A DNA stretch of 64,000 nucleotides from the NCBI RefSeq assembly GCF_009914755.1, contig NC_060933.1; one strand, written 5' to 3'. Made by a program: the position numbers and the translations under genes. The DNA comes from the human T2T-CHM13v2.0 reference genome, Homo sapiens. Below, piece by piece: positions 26,401-41,122 of the stretch (position 1 is the stretch's first letter; every line of letters begins with the position of its first letter). Under the pieces are notes generated by a model. It ran no database searches and was not told the origin of the DNA. It worked only from the letters and a program-made list of their open reading frames with translations.

Positions 26401-29400
26401 TTTTGTAGAATCTGCAAGTGGATATTTGAATAGCTTTGAAGGTTTCGTTGGAAACGGGAATATCTTCATATAAAATCAAGACAGAAGCATTCTCAGAAAC
26501 TTCTCTGTGATGTTTGCATTCAACTCATAGAGTTGAACACTTCCCTTCATACAGCAGGTTTGAAACACTCTTTTTGTAACATTTGGAAGTGGACATTTGC
26601 AGCGCTTTGAGGCCTATGTTGAAAAAGGAAATATCTTCTCCTAAAAACCAGACAGAAGCATTCTCAGAAACTTCCTTGTGATGTGTGTACTCAAGTAACA
26701 GAGTTGAACCTTCCTTTTGACAGAGCAGTTTTGAAGCACTCTTTTTGTAGAATCTGCAAGTGGATATTTTGATACCTTTGAGGATTTCGTTGGACACGGG
26801 ATATCTTCATATAAAATCTAGACAGAAGCATTCTCAGAAACTTCTTTGTGCTGTATGTCCTCAATTAACAGAGTTGAACCTTTGTGTGGATACAGCATTT
26901 TGGAAACATTCCTTTAGTAGAATCTGCAAGTTGATATTTAGATAGCTAGGAAGATTTCCTTGGAAACGGGAATATCTTCATATAAAATCTAGACGGAAGC
27001 ATTCTCAGAAAGTGCTTTGTGATGTCTTCATTCAAGTCACAGAGTAGAATGTTCCCTTTTATAGAGCAGGTTTGAAACACTCTTTCTGCACTACCTGGAA
27101 GTGGACATTTGGAGCGCTTTGAGGCCTATGTTGAAAAACGAAATATCTTCCCATAAAAACTAGACAGAAGCATTCTCAGAAACTTGTTTGTGATGTGTGT
27201 ATTCAACTAACAGAGATGAACCTTTCTTTTTACAGAGCAGTTTTGAAACACTCTTTTTGTGGAATCTGAAAGTGGATATTTGGATAGCTTTGAGGATTTC
27301 GTTGGAAACGGGATTACATATAAAACCTAGAGAGAAGCATTCTCAGGAACTTCTTTGTGATGTTTGCCTTCAAGTCACAGGACTGAACATTCCCTTTCAT
27401 AGAGCAGGTTTGAAACACTCTTTCTGTAGTATCTGCAAGCTGACGTTTCAAGCGCTTTCAGGCCTATGGTGAGAAAGGAAATATCTTCAAGTAAAAACTA
27501 GACAGAAGCATTCTCAGAAACTTATTTGCCATGTGTGTTCTCAACTAACAGAGTTGAACCTTTGTTTTGATACGGCATTTTGGAAACACTCTTTTTGTAG
27601 AATCTGCAGGTGGATATTCGGATAGCTTTGAAGGTTTCGTTGGAAACGGGAATATCTTCATATAAAATCTAGACGGAAGCATTCTCAGAAACTGCTTTGT
27701 GATGTTTTCATTCAAGTCACAGAGTAGAATCTTCCCTGTTATATACCAGGTTTCAGACACTCTTTCTGCACTACCTGGAAGTGGACATTTGCAGCGCTTT
27801 GAGGCCTATGATGAAAAAGGAAATATCTTCCCATAAAAACTAGACAGAAGCATTCTCAGAAACTTGTTTGTGATGTGTGTATTCAACTAACAGAGATGAA
27901 CCTTTCTTTTTACAGAGCAGTTTTGAAACACTCTTTTTGTGGAATCTGAAAGTGGATATTTGGATAGCTTTGAGGATTTCGTTGGAAACGGGATTACATA
28001 TAAAATCTAGAGAGAAGCATTCTCAGGAACTTCTTTGTGATGTTTGCATTCACGTCACAGAACTGAACATTCCCTTTCATAGAGCATGTTTGAAACACTC
28101 TTTCTGTAGTATCTGCAAACGGACATTTCAAACGCTTTCAGGCCTATGGTGAGAAAGGAAATATCTTCAAATAAAAACTAGACAGAAGCATTCTCAGAAA
28201 CTTATTTGCGATGTGTGTCCTCAACTAACAGAGTTGAACCTTTCTTTTGATACAACATTTTGGAAACACTCTTTTTGTGGAATCTGCAAGTGGATATTTG
28301 GATAGCTTTGAAGGTTTCGTTGGAAACGGGAATATCTTCATATAAAATCAAGACAGAAGCATTCTCAGAAACTTCTCTGTGATGTTTGCATTCAACTCAT
28401 AGAGTTGAACACTTCCCTTCATACAGCAGGTTTGAAACACTCTTTTTCTAATATTTGGAAGTGGACTTTTGCAGCGCTTTGAAGCCTATGATGAAAAAGG
28501 TAATATCTTCCCATAAAAACTAGAAAGAAGCATTCTCAGAAACTTGTTTGTGATGTGTGTATTCAACTAACAGAGATGAACCTTTCTTTTTACAGAGCAG
28601 TTTTGAAGCACTCTTTTTGTAGAATCTGCAAGTGGATATTTTGATACCATTGAGGATTTCGTTGGACACGGGATATCTTCATATAAAATCTAGACAGAAG
28701 CATTCTCAGAAACTTCTTTGTGCTGTATGTCCTCAATTAACAGAGTTGAACCTTTGTGTGGATACAGCATTTTGGAAACATTCCTTTAGTAGAATCTGCA
28801 AGTTGATATTTAGATAGCTAGGAAGAGTTCCTTGGAAACGGGAATATCTTCATATAAAATCTAGACGGAAGCATTCTCAGAAAGTGCTTTGTGATGTTTG
28901 CATTCAAGTCACAGAGTTGAATGTTCCCTTTTATAGAGCAGGTTTGAAACACTCTTTCTGCACTACCTGGAAGTGGACATTTGGAGCGCTTTGAGGCCTA
29001 TGTTGAAAAAGGAAATATCTTCCCATAAAAACTAGACAGAAGCATTCTCAGAAACTTGTTTGTGATGTGTGTATTCAACTAACAGAGATGAACCTTTCTT
29101 TTTACAGAGCAGTTTTGAAACACTCATTTTGTGGAATCTGAAAGTGGATATTTGGATAGCTTTGAGGATTTCGTTGGAAACGGGATTACATATAAAACCT
29201 AGAGAGAAGCATTCTCAGGAACTTCTTTGTGATGTTTGCATTCAAGTCACAGAACTGAACATTCCCTTTCATAGAGCAGGTTTGAAACACTCTTTCTGTA
29301 GTATCTGCAAGCTGACGTTTCAAGCGCTTTCAGGCCTATGGTGAGAAAGGAAATATCTTCAAGTAAAAACTAGACAGAAGCATTCTCAGAAACTTATTTG

Positions 29401-30914
29401 CGATGTGTGTTCTCAACTAACAGAGTTGAACCTTTGTTTTGATATGGCATTTTGGAAACCCTCTTTTTGTAGAATCTGCAGGTGGATATTCGGATAGCTT
29501 TGAAGGTTTCGTTGGAAACGGGAATATCTTCATATAAAATCTAGACGGAAGCATTCTCAGAAACTGCTTTGTGATGTTTTCATTCAAGTCACAGAGTAGA
29601 ATGTTCCCTGTTATATCCCAGGTTTGAGACACTCTTTCTGCACTACCTGGAAGTGGACATTTGCAGCGCTTTGAGGCCTATGATGAAAAAGGAAATATCT
29701 TCCCATAAAAACTAGACAGAAGCATTCTCAGAAACTTGATTGTGATGTGTGTATTCAACTAACAGAGATGAACCTTTCTTTTTACAGAGCAGTTTTGAAA
29801 CACTCTTTTTGTGGAATCTGAAAGTGGATATTTGGATAGCTTTGAGGATTTCGTTGGAAACGGGATTACATATAAAATCTAGAGAGAAGCATTCTCAGGA
29901 ACTTCTTTGTGATGTTTGCATTCACGTCACAGAACTGAACATTCCCTTTCATAGAGCATGTTTGAAACACTCTTTCTGTAGTATCTGCAAACGGACATTT
30001 CAAACGCTTTCAGGCCTGTGGTGAGAAAGGAAATATCTTCAAATAAAAACTAGACAGAAGCATTCTCAGAAACTTATTTGCGATGTGTGTCCTCAACTAA
30101 CAGAGTTGAACCTTTCTTTTGATACAACATTTTGGAAACACTCTTTTTGTAGAATCTGCAAGTGGATATTTGGATAGCTTTGAAGGTTTCGTTGGAAACG
30201 GGAATATCTTCATATGAAATCAAGACAGAAGCATTCTCAGAAACTTCTCTGTGATGTTTGCATTCAACTCATAGAGTTGAACACTTCCCTTCATACAGCA
30301 GGTTTGAAACACTCTTTTTCTAATATTTGGAAGTGGACATTTGCAGCGCTTTGAGGCCTATGTTGAAAAAGGAAATATCTTCTCCTAAAAACCAGACAGA
30401 AGCATTCTCAGAAACTTCCTTGTGATGTGTGTACTCAAGTAACAGAGTTGAACCTTCCTTTTGACAGAGCAGTTTTGAAGCACTCTTTTTGTAGAATCTG
30501 CAAGTGGATATTTTGATACCTTTGAGGATTTCGTTGGACACGGGATATCTTCATATAAAATCTAGACAGAAGCATTCTCAGAAACTTCTTTGTGCTGTAT
30601 GTCCTCAATTAACAGAGTTGAACCTTTGTGTGGATACAGCATTTTGGAAACATTCCTTTAGTAGAATCTGCAAGTTGATATTTAGATAGCTAGGAAGATT
30701 TCCTTGGAAACGGGAATATCTTCATATAAAATCTAGACGGAAGCATTCTCAGAAAGTGCTTTGTGATGTTTGCATTCAAGTCACAGAGTTGAATATTCCC
30801 TTTTATAGAGCAGGTTTGAAACACTCTTTCTGCACTACCTGGAAGTGGACATTTGGAGCGCTTTGAGGCCTATGTTGAAAAAGGAAATATGTTCCCATAA
30901 AAACTGGACAGAAG
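23426..30914 (+). repeat. Second block of four 11-mer HORs (1873, 1872, 1872, 1872 bp)
   Basis: Trimer markers 23015, 24888, 26760, 28632 and 30504. There is a +1 insertion near 24791. Confidence 0.94.
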
Positions 30915-33900
30915 CATTCTCAGAAACTTGTTTGTGATGTGTGTATTCAACTAACAGAGATGAACCTTTCTTTTTACAGAGCAGTTTTGAAACACTCTTT
31001 TTGTGGAATCTGAAAGTGGATATTTGGATAGCTTTGAGGATTTCGTTGGAAACGGGATTACATATAAAACCTAGAGAGAAGCATTCTCAGGAACTTCTTT
31101 GTGATGTTTGCCTTCAAGTCACAGGACTGAACATTCCCTTTCATAGAGCAGGTTTGAAACACTCTTTCTGTAGTATCTGCAAGCTGACGTTTCAAGCGCT
31201 TTCAGGCCTATGGTGACAAAGGAAATATCTTCAAGTAAAAACTAGACAGAAGCATTCTCAGAAACTTATTTGCCATGTGTGTTCTCAACTAACAGAGTTG
31301 AACCTTTGTTTTGATATGGCATTTTGGAAACACTCTTTTTGTAGAATCTGCAGGTGGATATTCGGATAGCTTTGAAGGTTTCGTTGGAAACGGGAATATC
31401 TTCATATAAAATCTAGACGGAAGCATTCTCAGAAACTGCTTTGTGATGTTTTCATTCAAGTCACAGAGTAGAATGTTCCCTGTTATATACCAGGTTTGAG
31501 ACACTCTTTCTGCACTACCTGGAAGTGGACGTTTGGAGCGCTTTGAGGCCTATGTTGAAAAAGGAAATATCTTCCCATAAAAACTAGACAGAAGCATTCT
31601 CAGAAACTTGTTTGTGATGTGTGTATTCAACTAACAGAGATGAACCTTTCTTTTTACAGAGCAGTTTTGAAACACTCTTTTTGTGGAATCTGAAAGTGGA
31701 TATTTGGATAGCTTTGAGGATTTCGTTGGAAACGGGATTACATATAAAACCTAGAGAGAAGCATTCTCAGGAACTTCTTTGTGATGTTTGCATTCAAGTC
31801 GCAGAACTCAACATTCCCTTTCATAGAGCAGGTTTGAAACACTCTTTCTGTAGTATCTGCAAGCTGACGTTTCAAGCGCTTTCAGGCCTATGGTGAGAAA
31901 GGAAATATCTTCAAGTAAAAACTAGACAGAAGCATTCTCAGAAACTTATTTGCGATGTGTGTTCTCAACTAACAGAGTTGAACCTTTGTTTTGATATGGC
32001 ATTTTGGAAACACTCTTTTTGTAGAATCTGCAGGTGGATATTCGGATAGCTTTGAAGGTTTCGTTGGAAACGGGAATATCTTCATATAAAATCTAGACGG
32101 AAGCATTCTCAGAAACTGCTTTGTGATGTTTTCATTCAAGTCACAGAGTAGAATGTTCCCTGTTATATACGAGGTTTGAGACACTCTTTCTGCACTACCT
32201 GGAAGTGGACATTTGCAGCGCTTTGAGGCCTATGATGAAAAAGGAAATATCTTCCCATAAAAACTAGACAGAAGCATTCTCAGAAACTTGTTTGTGATGT
32301 GTGTATTCAACTAACAGAGATGAACCTTTCTTTTTACAGAGCAGTTTTGAAACACTCTTTTTGTGGAATCTGAAAGTGGATATTTGGATAGCTTTGAGGA
32401 TTTCGTTGGAAACGGGATTACATATAAAATCTAGAGAGAAGCATTCTCAGGAACTTCTTTGTGATGTTTGCATTCACGTCACAGAACTGAACATTCCCTT
32501 TCATAGAGCATGTTTGAAACACTCTTTCTGTAGTATCTGCAAACGGACATTTCAAACGCTTTCAGGCCTATGGTGAGAAAGGAAATATCTTCAAATAAAA
32601 ACTAGACAGAAGCATTCTCAGAAACTTATTTGCGATGTGTGTCCTCAACTAACAGAGTTGAACCTTTCTTTTGATACAACATTTTGGAAACACTCTTTTT
32701 GTAGAATCTGCAAGTGGATATTTGAATAGCTTTGAAGGTTTCGTTGGAAACGGGAATATCTTCATATAAAATCAAGACAGAAGCATTCTCAGAAACTTCT
32801 CTGTGATGTTTGCATTCAACTCATAGAGTTGAACACTTCCCTTCATACAGCAGGTTTGAAACACTCTTTTTGTAATATTTGGAAGTGGACATTTGCAGCG
32901 CTTTGAGGCCTATGATGAAAAAGGTAATATCTTCCCATAAAAACTAGACAGAAGCATTCTCAGAAACTTGTTTGTGATGTGTGTATTCAACTAACAGAGA
33001 TGAACCTTTCTTTTTACAGAGCAGTTTTGAAACACTCTTTTTGTGGAATCTGAAAGTGGATATTTGGATAGCTTTGCGGATTTCGTTGGAAACGGGATTA
33101 CATATAAAATCTAGGGAGAAGCATTCTCAGGAACTTCTTTGTGATGTTTGCATTCAAGTCACAGAACTGAACATTCCCTTTCATAGAGCAGGTTTGAAAC
33201 ACTCTTTCTGTAGTATCTGCAAGCGGACGTTTTAAGCGCTTTCAGGCCTGTGGTGAGAAAGGAAATATCTTCAAATAAAAACTAGACAGAAGTATTCTCA
33301 GAAACTTATTTGCGATGTGTGTCCTCAACTAACAGAGTTGAACCTTTCTTTTGATACAACATTTTGGAAACACTCTTTTTGTAGAATCTGCAAGTGGATA
33401 TTTGGATAGCTTTGAAGGTTTCGTTGGAAACGGGAATATCTTCATATGAAATCAAGACAGAAGCATTCTCAGAAACTTCTCTGTGATGTTTGCATTCAAC
33501 TCATAGAGTTGAACACTTCCCTTCATACAGCAGGTTTGAAACACTCTTTTTCTAATATTTGGAAGTGGACATTTGCAGCGCTTTGAGGCCTATGTTGAAA
33601 AAGGAAATATCTTCTCCTAAAAACCAGACAGAAGCATTCTCAGAAACTTCCTTGTGATGTGTGTACTCAAGTAACAGAGTTGAACCTTCCTTTTGACAGA
33701 GCAGTTTTGAACCACTCTTTTTGTAGAATCTGCAAGTGGATATTTTGATACCTTTGAGGATTTCGTTGGACACGGGATATCTTCATATAAAATCTAGACA
33801 GAAGCATTCTCAGAAACTTCTTTGTGCTGTATGTCCTCAATTAACAGAGTTGAACCTTTGTGTGGATACAGCATTTTGGAAACATTCCTTTAGAAGAATC

Positions 33901-34146
33901 TGCAAGTTGATATTTAGATAGCTAGGAAGATTTCCTTGGAAACGGGAATATCTTCATATAAAATCTAGACGGAAGCATTCTCAGAAAGTGCTTTGTGATG
34001 TTTGCATTCAAGTCACAGAGTTGAATATTCCCTTTTATAGAGCAGGTTTGAAACACTCTTTCTGCACTACCTGGAAGTGGACATTTGGAGCGCTTTGAGG
34101 CCTATGTTGAAAAAGGAAATATCTTCCCATAAAAACTAGACAGAAG
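30915..34146 (+). repeat. 19-mer HOR variant (A-A-B-C-trimer), paralog of 9306-12537
   Basis: Trimer markers 30504 to 33736. Shares rare SNVs with 9306-12537 at offset 21609. Confidence 0.93.
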
Positions 34147-37100
34147 CATTCTCAGAAACTTGTTTGTGATGTGTGTATTCAACTAACAGAGATGAACCTT
34201 TCTTTTTACAGAGCAGTTTTGAAACACTCTTTTTGTGGAATCTGAAAGTGGATATTTGGATAGCTTTGAGGATTTCGTTGGAAACGGGATTACATATAAA
34301 ACCTAGAGAGAAGCATTCTCAGGAACTTCTTTGTGATGTTTGCCTTCAAGTCACAGGACTGAACATTCCCTTTCATAGAGCAGGTTTGAAACACTCTTTC
34401 TGTAGTATCTGCAAGCTGACGTTTCAAGCGCTTTCAGGCCTATGGTGAGAAAGGAAATATCTTCAAGTAAAAACTAGACAGAAGCATTCTCAGAAACTTA
34501 TTTGCCATGTGTGTTCTCAACTAACAGAGTTGAACCTTTGTTTTGATACGGCATTTTGGAAACACTCTTTTTGTAGAATCTGCAGGTGGATATTCGGATA
34601 GCTTTGAAGGTTTCGTTGGAAACGGGAATATCTTCATATAAAATCTAGACGGAAGCATTCTCAGAAACTGCTTTGTGATGTTTTCATTCAAGTCACAGAG
34701 TAGAATCTTCCCTGTTATATACCAGGTTTCAGACACTCTTTCTGCACTACCTGGAAGTGGACATTTGCAGCGCTTTGAGGCCTATGATGAAAAAGGAAAT
34801 ATCTTCCCATAAAAACTAGACAGAAGCATTCTCAGAAACTTGTTTGTGATGTGTGTATTCAACTAACAGGGATGAACCTTTCTTTTTACAGAGCAGTTTT
34901 GAAACACTCTTTTTGTGGAATCTGAAAGTGGATATTTGGATAGCTTTGAGGATTTCGTTGGAAACGGGATTACATATAAAATCTAGAGAGAAGCATTCTC
35001 AGGAACTTCTTTGTGATGTTTGCATTCACGTCACAGAACTGAACATTCCCTTTCATAGAGCATGTTTGAAACACTCTTTCTGTAGTATCTGCAAACGGAC
35101 ATTTCAAACGCTTTCAGGCCTATGGTGAGAAAGGAAATATCTTCAACTAAAAACTAGACAGAAGCATTCTCAGAAACTTATTTGCGATGTGTGTCCTCAA
35201 CTAACAGAGTTGAACCTTTCTTTTGATACAACATTTTGGAAACACTCTTTTTGTGGAATCTGCAAGTGGATATTTGGATAGCTTTGAAGATTTCGTTGGA
35301 AACGGGAATATCTTCATATAAAATCAAGACAGAAGCATTCTCAGAAACTTCTCTGTGATGTTTGCATTCAACTCATAGAGTTGAACACTTCCCTTCATAC
35401 AGCAGGTTTGAAACACTCTTTTTGTAATATTTGGAAGTGGACATTTGCAGCGCTTTGAGGCCTATGATGAAAAAGGTAATATCTTCCCATAAAAACTAGA
35501 CAGAAGCATTCTCAGAAACTTGTTTGTGATGTGTGTATTCAACTAACAGAGATGAACCTTTCTTTTTACAGAGCAGTTTTGAAACACTCTTTTTGTGGAA
35601 TCTGAAAGTGGATATTTGGATAGCTTTGCGGATTTCGTTGGAAACGGGATTACATATAAAATCTAGGGAGAAGCATTCTCAGGAACTTCTTTGTGATGTT
35701 TGCATTCAAGTCACAGAACTGAACATTCCCTTTCATAGAGCAGGTTTGAAACACTCTTTCTGTAGTATCTGCAAGCGGACGTTTTAAGCGCTTTCAGGCC
35801 TGTGGTGAGAAAAGAAATATCTTCAAATAAAAACTAGACAGAAGCATTCTCAGAAACTTATTTGCGATGTGTGTCCTCAACTAACAGAGTTGAACCTTTC
35901 TTTTGATACAACATTTTGGAAACACTCTTTTTGTAGAATCTGCAAGTGGATATTTGGATAGCTTTGAAGGTTTCGTTGGAAACGGGAATATCTTCATATG
36001 AAATCAAGACAGAAGCATTCTCAGAAACTTCTCTGTGATGTTTGCATTCAACTCATAGAGTTGAACACTTCCCTTCATACAGCAGGTTTGAAACACTCTT
36101 TTTCTAATATTTGGAAGTGGACATTTGCAGCGCTTTGAGGCCTATGTTGAAAAAGGAAATATCTTCTCCTAAAAACCAGACAGAAGCATTCTCAGAAACT
36201 TCCTTGTGATGTGTGTACTCAAGTAACAGAGTTGAACCTTCCTTTTGACAGAGCAGTTTTGAAGCACTCTTTTTGTAGAATCTGCAAGTGGATATTTTGA
36301 TACCTTTGAGGATTTCGTTGGACACGGGATATCTTCATATAAAATCTAGACAGAAGCATTCTCAGAAACTTCTTTGTGCTGTATGTCCTCAATTAACAGA
36401 GTTGAACCTTTGTGTGGATACAGCATTTTGGAAACATTCCTTTAGTAGAATCTGCAAGTTGATATTTAGATAGCTAGGAAGATTTCCTTGGAAACGGGAA
36501 TATCTTCATATAAAATCTAGACGGAAGCATTCTCAGAAAGTGCTTTGTGATGTTTGCATTCAAGTCACAGAGTTGAATATTCCCTTTTATAGAGCAGGTT
36601 TGAAACACTCTTTCTGCACTACCTGGAAGTGGACATTTGGAGCGCTTTGAGGCCTATGTTGAAAAAGGAAATATGTTCCCATAAAAACTGGACAGAAGCA
36701 TTCTCAGAAACTTGTTTGTGATGTGTGTATTCAACTAACAGAGATGAACCTTTCTTTTTACAGAGCAGTTTTGAAACACTCTTTTTGTGGAATCTGGAAG
36801 TGGATATTTGGATAGCTTTGAGGATTTCGTTGGAAACGGGATTACATATAAAACCTAGAGAGAAGCATTCTCAGGAACTTCTTTGTGATGTTTGCATTCA
36901 AGTCACAGGACTGAACATTCCCTTTCATAGAGCAGGTTTGAAACACTCTTTCTGTAGTATCTGCAAGCTGACGTTTCAAGCGCTTTCAGGCCTATGGTGA
37001 GAAAGGAAATATCTTCAAGTAAAAACTAGACAGAAGCATTCTCAGAAACTTATTTGCCATGTGTGTTCTCAACTAACAGAGTTGAACCTTTGTTTTGATA

Positions 37101-39250
37101 CGGCATTTTGGAAACACTCTTTTTGTAGAATCTGCAGGTGGATATTCGGATAGCTTTGAAGGTTTCGTTGGAAACGGGAGTATCTTCATATAAAATCTAC
37201 ACGGAAGCATTCTCAGAAACTGCTTTGTGATGTTTTCATTCAAGTCACAGAGTAGAATGTTCCCTGTTATATACCAGGTTTGAGACACTCTTTCTGCACT
37301 ACCTGGAAGTGGACGTTTGGAGCGCTTTGAGGCCTATGTTGAAAAAGGAAATATCTTCCCATAAAAACTAGACAGAAGCATTCTCAGAAACTTGTTTGTG
37401 ATGTGTGTATTCAACTAACAGGGATGAACCTTTCTTATTACAGTGCAGTTTTGAAACACTCTTTTTGTGGAATCTGAAAGTGGATATTTGGATAGCTTTG
37501 AGGATTTCGTTGGAAACGGGATTACATATAAAACCTAGAGAGAAGCATTCTCAGGAACTTCTTTGTGATGTTTGCATTCAAGTCACAGAACTGAACATTC
37601 CCTTTCATAGAGCATGTTTGAAACACTCTTTCTGTAGTATCTGCAAACGGACATTTCAAACGCTTTCAGGCCTATGGTGAGAAAGGAAATATCTTCAAAT
37701 AAAAACTAGACAGAAGCATTCTCAGAAACTTGTTTGCGATGTGTTTCCTCAACTAACAGAGTTGAACCTTTCTTTTGATACAACATTTTGGAAACACTCT
37801 TTTTGTAGAATCTGCAAGTGGATATTTGGATAGCTTTGAAGGTTTCTTTGGAAACGGGAATATCTTCATATAAAATCAAGACAGAAGCATTCTCAGAAAC
37901 TTCTCTGTGATGTTTGCATTCAACTCATAGAGTTGAACACTTCCCTTCATACAGCAGGTTTGAAACACTCTTTTTGTAATATTTGGAAGTGGACATTTGC
38001 AGCGCTTTGAGGCCTATGATGAAAAAGGTAATATCTTCCCATAAAAACTAGACAGAAGCATTCTCAGAAACTTGTTTGTGATGTGTGTATTCAACTAACA
38101 GAGATGAACCTTTCTTTTTACAGAGCAGTTTTGAAACACTCTTTTTGTGGAATCTGAAAGTGGATGTTTGGATAGCTTTGCGGATTTCGTTGGAAACGGG
38201 ATTACATATAAAATCTAGGGAGAAGCATTCTCAGGAACTTCTTTGTGATGTTTGCATTCAAGTCACAGAACTGAACATTCCCTTTCATAGAGCAGGTTTG
38301 AAACACTCTTTCTGTAGTATCTGCAAGCGGACGTTTTAAGCGCTTTCAGGCCTGTGGTGAGAAAGGAAATATCTTCAAATAAAAACTAGACAGAAGCATT
38401 CTCAGAAACTTATTTGCGATGTGTGTCCTCAACTAACAGAGTTGAACCTTTCTTTTGATACAACATTTTGGAAACACTCTTTTTGTAGAATCTGCAAGTG
38501 GATATTTGGATAGCTTTGAAGGTTTCGTTGGAAACGGGAATATCTTCATATGAAATCAAGACAGAAGCATTCTCAGAAACTTCTCTGTGATGTTTGCATT
38601 CAACTCATAGAGTTGAACACTTCCCTTCATACAGCAGGTTTGAAACACTCTTTTTCTAATATTTGGAAGTGGACATTTGCAGCGCTTTGAGGCCTATGTT
38701 GAAAAAGGAAATATCTTCTCCTAAAAACCAGACAGAAGCATTCTCAGAAACTTCCTTGTGATGTGTGTACTCAAGTAACAGAGTTGAACCTTCATTTTGA
38801 CAGAGCAGTTTTGAAGCACTCTTTTTGTAGAATCTGCAAGTGGATATTTTGATACCTTTGAGGATTTCGTTAGACACGGGATATCTTCATATAAAATCTA
38901 GACAGAAGCATTCTCAGAAACTTCTTTGTGCTGTATGTCCTCAATTAACAGAGTTGAACCTTTGTGTGGATACAGCATTTTGGAAACATTCCTTTAGTAG
39001 AATCTGCAAGTTGATATTTAGATAGCTAGGAAGATTTCCTTGGAAACGGGAATATCTTCATATAAAATCTAGACGGAAGCATTCTCAGAAAGTGCTTTGT
39101 GATGTTTGCATTCAAGTCACAGAGTTGAATATTCCCTTTTATAGAGCAGGTTTGAAACACTCTTTCTGCACTACCTGGAAGTGGACATTTGGAGCGCTTT
39201 GAGGCCTATGTTGAAAAAGGAAATATCTTCCCATAAAAACTAGACAGAAG
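34147..39250 (+). repeat. Two 15-mer HORs
   Basis: Trimer markers 33736, 36288 and 38840. Confidence 0.93.
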
Positions 39251-41122
39251 CATTCTCAGAAATTTGTTTGTGATGTGTGTATTCAACTAACAGAGATGAA
39301 CCTTTCTTTTTACAGAGCAGTTTTGAAACACTCTTTTTGTGGATTCTGAAAGTGGATATTTGGATAGCTTTGAGGATTTTGTTGGAAACGGGATTACATA
39401 TAAAACCTAGAGAGAAGCATTCTCAGGAACTTCTTTGTGATGTTTGCATTCAAGTCACAGAACTGAACATTCCCTTTCATAGAGCAGGTTTGAAACACTC
39501 TTTCTGTAGTATCTGCAAGCTGACGTTTCAAGCGCTTTCAGGCCTATGGTGAGAAAGGAAATATCTTCAAGTAAAAACTAGACAGAAGCATTCTCAGAAA
39601 CTTATTTGCGATGTGTGTTCTCAACTAACAGAGTTGAACCTTTGTTTTGATATGGCATTTTGGAAACACTCTTTTTGTAGAATCTGCAGGTGGATATTCG
39701 GATAGCTTTGAACGTTTCGTTGGAAACGGGAATATCTTCATATAAAATCTAGACGGAAGCATTCTCAGAAACTGCTTTGTGATGTTTTCATTCAAGTCAC
39801 AGAGTAGAATGTTCCCCGTTATATACCAGGTTTGAGACACTCTTTCTGCACTACCTGGAAGTGGACATTTGGAGCGCTTTGAGGCCTATGATGAAGAAGG
39901 AAATATCTTCCCATAAAAACTAGACAGAAGCATTCTCAGAAACTTGTTTGTGATGTGTGTATTCAACTAACAGAGATGAACCTTTCTTTTTACAGAGCAG
40001 TTTTGAAACACTCTTTTTGTGGAATCTGAAAGTGGATATTTAGATAGCTTTGCGGATTTCGTTGGAAACGGGATTACATATAAAATCTAGGGAGAAGCAT
40101 TCTCAGGAACTTCTTTGTGATGTTTGCATTCAAGTCACAGAACTGAACATTCCCTTTCATAGAGCAGGTTTGAAACACTCTTTCTGTAGTATCTGCAAGC
40201 GGACGTTTTAAGCGCTTTCAGGCCTGTGGTGAGAAAGGAAATATCTTCAAATAAAAACTAGACAGAAGCATTCTCAGAAACTTATTTGCGATGTGTGTCC
40301 TCAACTAACAGAGTTGAACCTTTCTTTTGATACAACATTTTGGAAACACTCTTTTTGTAGAATCTGCAAGTGGATATTTGGATAACTTTGAAGGTTTCGT
40401 TGGAAACGGGAATATCTTCATATGAAATCAAGACAGAAGCATTCTCAGAAACTTCTCTGTGATGTTTGCATTCAACTCATAGAGTTGAACACTTCCCTTC
40501 ATACAGCAGGTTTGAAACACTCTTTTTCTAATATTTGGAAGTGGACATTTGCAGCGCTTTGAGGCCTATGTTGAAAAAGGAAATATCTTCTCCTAAAAAC
40601 CAGACAGAAGCATTCTCAGAAACTTCCTTGTGATGTGTGTACTCAAGTAACAGAGTTGAACCTTCCTTTTGACAGAGCAGTTTTGAAGCACTCTTTTTGT
40701 AGAATCTGCAAGTGGATATTTTGATACCTTTGAGGATTTCGTTGGACACGGGATATCTTCATATAAAATCTAGACAGAAGCATTCTCAGAAACTTCTTTG
40801 TGCTGTATGTCCTCAATTAACAGAGTTGAACCTTTGTGTGGATACAGCATTTTGGAAACATTCCTTTAGAAGAATCTGCAAGTTGATATTTAGATAGCTA
40901 GGAAGATTTCCTTGGAAACGGGAATATCTTCATATAAAATCTAGACGGAAGCATTCTCAGAAAGTGCTTTGTGATGTTTGCATTCAAGTCACAGAGTTGA
41001 ATATTCCCTTTTATAGAGCAGGTTTGAAACACTCTTTCTGCACTACCTGGAAGTGGACATTTGGAGCGCTTTGAGGCCTATGTTGAAAAAGGAAATATCT
41101 TCCCATAAAAACTAGACAGAAG
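39251..41122 (+). repeat. 11-mer HOR of A'-C-trimer type
   Basis: Trimer markers 38840 to 40712 are 1872 bp apart. The second tetramer is C-type (TTTGCGGA, TAGGGAG). Confidence 0.92.
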
